From NCBI GenBank assembly GCA_963724295.1, contig CAVRUC010000011.1, positions 64,001-128,000 of the forward strand: DNA of 64,000 nt, given 5' to 3'. Positions 53,261 through 61,231 of this stretch are shown here, piece after piece; position 1 is the first letter of the stretch; every line of letters starts with the position of its first letter. The stretch comes from an uncultured Chloroflexia bacterium (GTDB lineage Bacteria > Chloroflexota > Chloroflexia > Thermomicrobiales > UBA6265). Below the pieces are notes generated by a model that did not search any database, was not told where the DNA came from, and saw nothing but the letters and a program-made list of their open reading frames with translations. Both the position numbers and the translations under genes were made by a program.

Positions 53261-53551
53261 TCATCCGCCGATCTGCACGGTGGGCAGACCGCCGAGGATG
53301 GCGGCGCCGCAGCCAGCCGTGTCGCCTATCCGGGCGGCGGCCGGCCACCGATCAGCACGGTCTTACTGCCCTTCACGATCGTGGTCGGCGGGTGCGGCCC
53401 CGCTCCCGTTGGAGCCGGCGGCATGCCGCACGTGTGGGAGTCGCCGATGACCGCCGCTGGCTGGCCACCGATGAGAACGGTCGCCACGCCAGGGCCGGAT
53501 GACGATTCCAGGGTGACCGGTGGGGTCGAGAACTCGCGCGGCATCGGGCAT
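53261..53551 (-). CDS. PAAR spike-tip protein, frameshifted
   Basis: AARVLD, TVLIGGQPAAVIGD, GSKTVLIGGRP, RIGDTAGCG and TVQIGG. Confidence 0.88.
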
Positions 53552-53575
53552 TGAAGATGCTCCTTTCAGAATCCG

Positions 53576-54241
53576 TCAGTTGATCTTGACGAGTGGGGCA
53601 GTGATGTTGCAGGCCTTCCCGGACTTGACCTCGGTCAGTGGCCTTGCCGGTAACCGTCGACCTTTGCCCCCGAGAGGTTGATCTCGGCGGCTTCAGGTCA
53701 ATGCTCTTGGCTGCCTTGATCGAGATGGACTGCGTCGTGTTGTCAAGGGTGATCGTGACCGAGCCGGCGAGGTTCGTCAGCTCGATCTTCTTTGGGTCCA
53801 TGGTGATCTTCTGCTTGGTCGTGGTCGTGATCGTGAGCGATAGCAGGAGATCGTCCATCTCGATCTCATGGCCGGCGGCCGAGGTCAGACCGCTGCGGAT
53901 GATGCGCTTGACGAGGGCGGTGAGCAGGGGTGGTGACGGGGATGCGATCGCTGTCGTTCCAGAGCCCGCCGATGACGAAGGCGTCGGTTGGATCGTCGTT
54001 CGCCAGGGCGACAAGCACCTCGTCGTCCTTGCGCGGAGCGTAGAAGAAGCCCGCGCTGGGCCCGGCGCCGATCGCGGCCAGCCGCGCCCAGACCACCTGA
54101 TCGATGGCGGGGATGCGCACCACACCTTCCCCTGCATTGGGCAGATCGAAATTGCCAGTGACCGTGCCAACCGCGATGCTGACGTTAGGTTTGACCTCAA
54201 CATCCTCATCGACGGTTCGCCACTCCCACATCGTCGGTCAT
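53576..54241 (-). CDS. Baseplate spike protein V (gp5/VgrG C-terminal-like), frameshifted
   Basis: WARLA..GAG...GFFYAP..DDEVLVA...VIGGLWN OB fold; GHEIEMDD and beta-helix-like repeats; ends VKIN. Confidence 0.82.
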
Positions 54242-54272
54242 GGTCGTCCCCTTCGTTGCCCGGGCGCCCGGG

Positions 54273-55495
54273 CTAGCCGATCCGCTGACCGTTGACGCGA
54301 GCCAGGCCGCCGATGCCCCTGGGGATCGGAATCGAGCCGAACCAGACCTCTTTGCGCGCGTCGAAGGAGGTCTTGAAGCCGCCACCGTCGATGGTGTGGG
54401 TGGCCGACGTGATGCGGTAGAGCCCACTGAACTGGTCGCCGAGACCCTGCAGGTCGATCACCCGGCCGGCCTTGAGCGCAAGGTTGCCGACCGCGCTGCC
54501 GCTGCCGGTCAGCCGGTTGTTGAGTCGGGAGCAGCTCGCTGAGCAAGCGTCTTCGGCATCGTGGCTGGCCCGACGGCTTCGACCTTGAGCAAGCGCTTTG
54601 GACTTGGCCGGGCCGGTCACGCCATCGAGACCGCCGAACGCCGGGGAAGATCTGCAGATCGAACGCCGCACGGTCGTAGTCCCAGCCGAGAACGACGACG
54701 AACTCCATCTTGATGCTGGGGATCCAGATCCGGGTCTGGACGCCGGCACCTGACCGACCGTGGTCAGCTTCGGGCGTGAAGTCGGCGAGCGATGCGCCCC
54801 AGGTCAGGCTGACGCTGGGCGAGTAGTCCTGAACGAGGAACTGGAAGCGGAGCACGTAGCCCTGCGGCTCCAGGGTGTGATCGATGTACATCTCCCACCC
54901 GTTCTCCTTGGCGATCCGCTCAGGAAGTCGAAGTCGCTCTCGCCCTGCTGCAGGCGGACGCCCTTCTTGGCGTCGAGCGGGACTGATGGCGTAGGCCAGC
55001 AACAGCGTGAAGAACGAGAGCGCCGCGCCGATCGGGTCGTTGATATGGGATGAGCAGATTGGTGGCGGAGACCAGCGAGGTCACGAGCGGCGTCGGGCAG
55101 CGGGAAATGGCCGATGGTCGGCAGGTTGAGCGTGAACCCGCGATCCTTGGTGCCGGTGGTCAGACGCTGCAGGAAGTCGTGGGCGACAATCGTCAGGGTC
55201 GGCATCCCGCCGTTCGGGAATGTGGCGTTGACGCCGGTGATCTCGCCGACGAAGACCCGCTCCAGCGGATCGGGCGCATAGCCGAGCGAGAGCGTGAACC
55301 GGATTGTCGACCTGCAGCAGCGGATGATCCAGCCAGCGCAACCCTTCGTTGGCGATCGTGACCTCGACCCGGTCGGCGCCCTGCATGCCGTCGGTGTAGC
55401 TGATCCGGCTGACGGCGCCGCGCAGCGCCGGCGGGATCGGATCGCCGTCGATCTCGATCGAGAACTCGGGGGCGTAGGTCGCGTAACGACGCCAT
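54273..55495 (-). CDS. Phage late control D / gp27-like hub protein, frameshifted
   Basis: QQGESDFDFL, IAKENGWE, G.G.AVGN..LKAG.VI.L.GLG.QFSGLYRITSATH. Confidence 0.78.
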
Positions 55496-55496
55496 C

Positions 55497-56171
55497 TCAG
55501 CGCACCGACCTCGTCCCGTCTCCGGGTCGTTGAACGGCAGCGATGGGATCCGCAGCGACTGACCGACGCGCGATAGCCCGGGGATCGTCCAGCGCGTTGG
55601 CGAGCGCGATCGGCCGCCACAGGCGTCGGATCCTCGTAGTGCTGTGCGGCGATCGCCGCTCAGCGTCTCGCCGTCGATGACGACGTGGACCTTGCTGAAG
55701 TCGGCGGTCTGGCGGTTGATCTCCTTGGCCTCGCGCTCGGCGTCGATGAAGCGGTTGAAGGTCACGGTGACGCGGGCGCGGACCGGGCGGCCGTTGTCGG
55801 CGAACATCTGGAACTTCTGGCTCGCCCGCGCCAGCACACAGCGGAAGTCGAGACTGCCCCATTGCACCCGAAGCACCGGCGGCGCGTGCAGATCCGGGTC
55901 GATCTCGAGCAGACCGCGTGACCTTGTCGGTCAACATCGCGGACGTCCGCGCTTCTCGCAGGCTGTCGGTGTCCCAGGTGTCGAAGAAGAGCTCCATCTC
56001 CAGCGTGTGCATGTTGCCGTTGACGAACTGGAGGATGGGGCCCGACAGCCCGGGGATCGCCTGGGAGGCAAAGGTGTTGTCCTGGTTGAGCGTGTACTCC
56101 TCGGGGTTGAACGGCAGGAAGATCACTTCCCCGGTGTGCTCAACCGTCACCTGGAGCTTGGCGAGTGCCAT
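55497..56171 (-). CDS. CIS tube-initiator + LysM protein (Afp7-like), frameshifted
   Basis: FNPEEYTL, LEMELFFDT, QWGSL, F..NGRPVRA.V.VTF, GETLS and WRPIA.AN.LDDPR. Confidence 0.82.
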   Translation of the reverse strand: MALAKLQVTVEHTGEVIFLPFNPEEYTLNQDNTFASQAIPGLSGPILQFVNGNMHTLEMELFFDTWDTDSLREARTSAMLTDKVTRSARDRPGSARAAGASGAMGQSRLPLCAGAGEPEVPDVRRQRPPGPRPRHRDLQPLHRRRARGQGDQPPDRRLQQGPRRHRRRDAERRSPHSTTRIRRLWRPIALANALDDPRAIARRSVAADPIAAVQRPGDGTRSVR

Positions 56172-56196
56172 CGGGTCTCTCCGCCGATCCGAGGCG

Positions 56197-57019
56197 TTAG
56201 GATGGCGCGCCCGAACCGTTCCCGGTGGGCGATCAGGCGATCATCGATTCTGCGTCACGATCTGATCGGTCAGCCGCTCGAGGTCGAGGCCAGGCGCGCC
56301 CGTTGCTCCCGGCGCCCCTGGCAACGCTTGCCAGGCCATGCCAGCCGGCATCTGCCCTGCCCGGGCCGTCGATTGCTGCTGCTGGATGGCGACCAGCGCG
56401 CGCTCGACTTCGGCGCTCACACTCGGCTGCTCCCGGATGGCGGCTTTGCCCTGGGCGCGCACCTCGACCCGCTGGTGCGCTGGACGACGTCGACTGACGA
56501 GCTCCTCGATCGCGCGCCGCACCGGCACGCCTTCCCAGGCGGCCTCGCTGCTCGGCATCCTGCCGCGATCGGTTCCGCGTACCGCTCCCACTGCTGGCGT
56601 TGCCGACATGACCGTCATCGTGCCGCGAGCTGGCCTCAACGCCATGGCGCGGCGAGCCGGCCCGATCCACCGTCGGCGCGGCCAGCCGGCGCCCCGGCTC
56701 GTGCCTGGCGCTTGAGGACGGCCATCGCGATGAGCAATCGAGCGGCCGGGTTGACGACCACGTGCAGGAGATGCGTCGCAGACGCGGTGCGCCGGGGACG
56801 CTCGGTCGTGACTGCTTACGTGGGGCGTTCGGGACAGCACCGTCATCCTGGAGGCCGGCCGCGGACCATCGGGCCGGCGCCGCTGCCCGACCGGGTGCCC
56901 GCCCAGGCGCGCCACCGGTTCGGCGCCCGCCGCGCGGCGCACGGCCAGCCCCGCCGCCGACGGATCGGCTGCAGCATCGGGTTGTCCCGGTCGGCCAGAT
57001 TCGGCAAATGCGACGTCAC
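56197..57019 (-). CDS. Low-complexity eCIS hypothetical protein (frameshifted; ends approximate)
   Basis: RBS and GTG overlapping the upstream stop; C-terminal LDLERLTDQIV..IDDRLIAHRERFG. Confidence 0.5.
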
Positions 57020-57190
57020 GGCGCGGTCCCTTCGTTGATGCGCTGGTTGATGGCGGAGATCTCCGCCACCCAGCGGCGGCGGTCCGCGTGTTCGAGGTTC
57101 ATGACGGTCGTCTGGGGGCCAGTGGAAGTGGTACGCGACGAAGGCTACCTCCTCGTACAAGCGCCTTGAGGGGGTAGCCTATGACCCCCC
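57016..57190 (-). CDS. DUF6760-like small ORF, possible frameshift extension of the tail chaperone
   Basis: LYEEVAFVAYHFHWP...H.DRRRWVAEISAIN; no ATG or clear RBS. Confidence 0.7.
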
Positions 57191-57547
57191 CACGCCGTTC
57201 AACGCCACCGAGAAGTCGTGCTCGCAGTGCGGGCAGGCGGCCTCGACCGGTCGCCGCGCCGGTTCGGTTGATCTGGTTGTAGAACTCCTGCAGGTAGGCG
57301 AGATCGGCCGCATACAGCCCCTCGATGACCTTCGGATTGATCTGCGAACGGTGCCGAGCGAGGTGATCACGCGAGCGAGGATGATCACGATCAGGTAGGC
57401 CTCGTTCTGCTGCACCCCGGCATCGCGCAGCGGGTGGATCTCGTCGGCCGCGGTCGCCAGGCGCATCGTGCCGTTCGCGATGCAGCGTGCCGTCGTCATC
57501 GACAAAGCCGAGCGGCAGCGTGAAGTCGGATACTCGGTCCGGAACAT
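57179..57547 (-). CDS. Tail assembly chaperone-like protein with C-terminal CxxC
   Basis: FTLPLGFVDDDGTLHR, MRLATAADEI, LYAADLAYLQEFY, CPHC; lies directly after the tube gene. Confidence 0.72.
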   Translation of the reverse strand: MFRTEYPTSRCRSALSMTTARCIANGTMRLATAADEIHPLRDAGVQQNEAYLIVIILARVITSLGTVRRSIRRSSRGCMRPISPTCRSSTTRSTEPARRPVEAACPHCEHDFSVALNGVGGS

Positions 57548-57550
57548 GGC

Positions 57551-57990
57551 CTACGCCCTCTCGACCCGCTCGTGGGCGAGCTCGAGCGTCTCGATGGCGA
57601 CGTCGGTCCCCTTGGCGCTGAAGTCCGGGCCGTCCCACTTGGTCGGCCAGGCCTCGAAGAAGTTCCAGCGGCATGACTTCGTCGCCCTCGAGGTCGAGAG
57701 GATGATGCTGCCGCTCTTCGGCGGACGATCTTTCCCTTGGTCACGTCGCGGTACCAGTCGTAAAGCTCGCGGGAGTCGGTCAGCCCCCACTTCAATGTGA
57801 TGTTCGGGATACTTGGTCTGCCCGGGCAGCTTCCGGGTCTGGTGCATCTCGACCGCCTTCGCGGTACTCGATCGGGTCGGTGGTCGCGCCGAAGCCGGTG
57901 CAATCAGAGAATCCGGCCTGGGTGATCCCGTCGATCTCGACGAGGAAGTTGAAATTGCGATACGGATCGACCCGTGTCTCCAGTGGCCAT
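57551..57990 (-). CDS. Tail tube protein (T4 gp19-like, Afp1/5), frameshifted
   Basis: DPYRNFNFLVEIDG, IEYREG, RKLPG, ITLKWG, WNF.EAWPTKWDGP and AIETLELAHE. Confidence 0.9.
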
Positions 57991-58035
57991 GGCTGCCTCC
58001 TGAGCCGTAGATGTCGCGAGTGACAGACGTGCGCG

Positions 58036-59213
58036 TCAGGCGACGGGAGTCTGGGCTGAACTGGCGATGCGGAAGATCACGAACTCGGCCGGTTTCACCG
58101 GTGCGACGCCAGATCTCGGTGATCGACCTGACCGATGCTCGCGCGACTCGGGTGGGTTGGTCGTCTCGTCGCACATCACGTAGAAGGCCTGCTCGGGCAC
58201 GAGGCCGAAGAGCGCGCCGTCACGCCAGACCCCGGTCAGGAAGGCGGTCACCGTGCGGATGATCTGCTGCCAGAGCGGATTGCTGTTGGGTTCGAAGACC
58301 GCGAACTGTGTGCCCTTCGTCGATCGACTCCCGAAGGAAGTTCATCAGCCGTCGGACGTTGATGCTTAGCCGCCTTGCTTCGTTCGTGCCGCCAGCGTCC
58401 GCGCACCCCAGACCCGGATCGAGCCGTTGAGGCGCCGGATGACGTTGATGCCGGCGGGGTTGACGACTGCCCTGCTCGTCCTTGGTCGTCTGGTATTCCA
58501 GCCCGAGCGCGCCGCGGACGGCCTCGTTGGCGGGCGCCTTGTGGACGCCCCGGCTGACTGTCGACCCGTGCCGTAGATGCCGGCCATCAGCCCGCTCGGC
58601 GGGATGAAGATTTCGCCGTCGCCCGTTGGCGGCGTTCAGGGTCGGAGACCTGGACCCAGGGGAAGTAGATCGCCGCGTAGTCACTGGTGCTGACGGCGAC
58701 CCTTTGATGTCTGCCGGCGTCACGGTCGTGCGTCCGCTGACCGTCGAGGATCGCAAACCGATCCTGCAGATTCGTGTCTTCGCAGTGGATCGATCAGGGC
58801 CAGTCTGCACGGCTGCATCGAGCGCGCCAGGTGCGGCAACGATGGCGATCTCGTCAATCGCCTCGAACTTCTTGAGCACGTTGCCGACGGTCCCGGTATC
58901 GTCGAGGTCATCGACGCGGGCAACCCAGCAGACGCTGCCGCCGTTATTGAAGAAGCCGTAGATCGAGTGAGCCAACGATCCGGTTGCCGGCGTCGAAGTC
59001 GCCGAACTACCGCTTGAACTGGTCGAAATTGGTGATCAGCCTTGGTTCCTCGACGGCCACGAGAGGGTAGGGTGTCCCATCCGGCTGCAGAGGCATCTTC
59101 GCCCCGGTGGAGATGCCGATGAACGCGGCTGTGCTGGTGCCGACGCCGCGTATCGCGGGCGTGACCGGCAGCTCCTCGACATAGACACCGGGTGCGGCAT
59201 ACGTCGTTGCCAT
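58036..59213 (-). CDS. Contractile tail sheath protein, frameshifted
   Basis: YAAPGVYVEE, GFFNNGG, HKAPANE, GINVIR, RVWGARTL, NVRRL, VMCDE.TNPP and APVKPAEFVIFRI. Confidence 0.92.
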
Positions 59214-59257
59214 TTATCTCTCCTCTCTGCGCGCGGCGGACGAACGACCAAGACTGA

Positions 59258-60103
59258 TCATGGGTTCAGGAGAATGTCGTACGCGTTGATGACGGCAGCC
59301 GGAACAGTGACCGGGACGTCACCAGACGGGGTGAACCCCGCCGCCGTGGCGGTCAGCGTGTGGGCGCCGGCGCCCACCCCGGCGAACGTGAACCGACCCT
59401 CTTCATCCGTGGTGGCCGTCCGTCCGCCATTCAGCGCGACGGTGGCCTCCACGATCGGGGCGGCAGTGAGGGCATCGCGGACCACGCCGCCGATGCCGTA
59501 GACCGGTTCGCCCGGCGTCGTCGGATCCAGATCGTCGTCAAGGACTACCTCCTTGGTTACCACCGGCGGACCTTCGGTCTGTTTGATCTCGAGATCCATC
59601 GCGATCGTCACCATCAGTTGGAACGAGGAGCGGGGCGGCATCCCGAGCGCGCTCCAGAACTCGCCGAGGCTCTTGTTGTCGTCCGATTGGGCGGTCCACA
59701 TTTGCACCGGAAAGGGCTGCCCCACCAGTGTGTTCTGGAGATAACTGGTCGGGAGAAGTGGAAAGCGGCTCAGTTTGCTCATTGCCTGGGCCAGCAGCAG
59801 GTGCTCCTCCGCCACGCCTAACGCGTCCGCCTTCTTGGACCAGGACGTCACCAGATAGTCGCAGTCGACGCGCAGGGGCGGCCGGCGCCGGATCCAGGTC
59901 CCGCCGACCAGCTCGACGATCGGCACCGGATCGCGCAGTGTCCGGTTCTCGTGGACCCCGTAGAGGAAGCAGTTGATCGTTGGCACGGAGGGGGCGAAGG
60001 TCTTGTCGGGCGTCCTGAAGTTGACATCCACCCCCGTCCAGAAGGGCGGAATCGTGGTGTCGTCGAGAATCTTTTTGATGGTGAGGTCGAGATCTTGTAA
60101 CAT
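59258..60103 (-). CDS. Pvc16/DUF4255 sheath terminator fused to a carboxypeptidase-regulatory-like Ig domain
   Basis: DLD.TI, INCFLYGVHEN..LR, PP.RVDCDYLVTSW, FWSALG; TDEEGRFTF..V..G.HTLTATAAGF. Confidence 0.85.
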   Translation of the reverse strand: MLQDLDLTIKKILDDTTIPPFWTGVDVNFRTPDKTFAPSVPTINCFLYGVHENRTLRDPVPIVELVGGTWIRRRPPLRVDCDYLVTSWSKKADALGVAEEHLLLAQAMSKLSRFPLLPTSYLQNTLVGQPFPVQMWTAQSDDNKSLGEFWSALGMPPRSSFQLMVTIAMDLEIKQTEGPPVVTKEVVLDDDLDPTTPGEPVYGIGGVVRDALTAAPIVEATVALNGGRTATTDEEGRFTFAGVGAGAHTLTATAAGFTPSGDVPVTVPAAVINAYDILLNP

Positions 60104-60143
60104 GCACGATCATCCTGTTGCATGGGCCCCACGGGGCTGCACC

Positions 60144-61184
60144 TCACCTCACCTCGCCGGTGGCGGTCAGGTTGGTCACTGCCTGGGCAATGTGTTGATC
60201 AATCTGCTTGCGCCGGTCTTTTTCGTACGCCGTCAGCGCCTCCTGCGCGTCCTTGAGGGCGTCCTTTGCCTTCTTGGTGGCTGCAGTGGCATTGCTCGCG
60301 GCCGCAACCGTGATTGCTTCCGTATCCCAGGCGGTTCGCAATTGCTGCTGCAACCGCGATAACTGGGTCGAGTCGAGGAGATACTCCAGGTAGGCCAGCG
60401 CGGTCTCCAGGTCCTTCGTCAAGATATAGGCGCTGTTGATCTGCCCTTTCGCGTCCGCGTCCGTGGCGGCGTCTTTCAGGCTCTTGACACGTGCGGTGTG
60501 GGTCTCGATCGCCTTCACGTGGTCGGAAAGCTCGCGTTTGGCCTTGGCGAGTGCCTCCCGGGCGTGGGTGGCTTCGGCGTTGGCGTTGATTTCGGCGCTG
60601 GCCTTCGCTGCAATGTCGTCCTGAAGCGCCTCGACGGCGCCGCGCCGAGCCGCGCTCTCCGCCTCGACGGCGGCCACCGCGGCGTCGGCGATGTGGACAA
60701 ACTCGTCGGACAGGCGTCCCGCGAATGCCGGGAGCTGACTGACAACGGGTTGGGCGGCATTCCGCTCAGTGACCGCCTTGTTCTGGGCTTGCTTGAGTGC
60801 GGAGTCACTGCTCTTCATTTCCGTGTTGAATGCGGTGGCGGATGCCTTGTGCTGCTTGACCTGCTCCAGTTGCTGCTGCAACTCCGAGAGCTGGTCCTGG
60901 AGGGTCGAGATCGCCGCTTCGTCCGCCTCTATCTGCGCATCGAGCGTGCTGGATTCCGGGGTTGCCGGCGCAGGCGGCGTGGCCGGCGGCGTGGCCGGCG
61001 GCGTCCCTGGCGGCACGGTGTGCTGCGCGCCCGGCGGCTGGGTGGGAACAGGCATCGCTTGCGCTGCTGGCGGCACGGCCGGTGGCTGACCCTGCACGCC
61101 GCCGGGTGCCAGGGAGCCAGGTTGCCAGGCCTCGCTGCCGCCGGGGTTGGTCGTGGGCTGCTGGGCATATGGATCGAGCTGCAT
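60144..61184 (-). CDS. Pro-rich N-terminus + long coiled-coil hypothetical protein
   Basis: RBS GAGGAAGGA; PPAT repeats followed by Ala/Gln/Glu/Lys-rich heptads. Confidence 0.7.
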   Translation of the reverse strand: MQLDPYAQQPTTNPGGSEAWQPGSLAPGGVQGQPPAVPPAAQAMPVPTQPPGAQHTVPPGTPPATPPATPPAPATPESSTLDAQIEADEAAISTLQDQLSELQQQLEQVKQHKASATAFNTEMKSSDSALKQAQNKAVTERNAAQPVVSQLPAFAGRLSDEFVHIADAAVAAVEAESAARRGAVEALQDDIAAKASAEINANAEATHAREALAKAKRELSDHVKAIETHTARVKSLKDAATDADAKGQINSAYILTKDLETALAYLEYLLDSTQLSRLQQQLRTAWDTEAITVAAASNATAATKKAKDALKDAQEALTAYEKDRRKQIDQHIAQAVTNLTATGEVR

Positions 61185-61231
61185 CGTGTTTTCCTTCCTC
61201 TGCCGTCGTGCCGACAGTCTTGACCAAATCC

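Noticed and set aside
47338..60103. Prophage or T6SS
   Set aside because: No capsid, portal, terminase or integrase, and no TssJ/L/M or ClpV; Pvc16 plus the Afp15-like ATPase and DUF4157 indicate eCIS
60974..61003. 12-bp tandem repeat GGCGGCGTGGCC
   Set aside because: Simply encodes the PPAT linker of the coiled-coil protein
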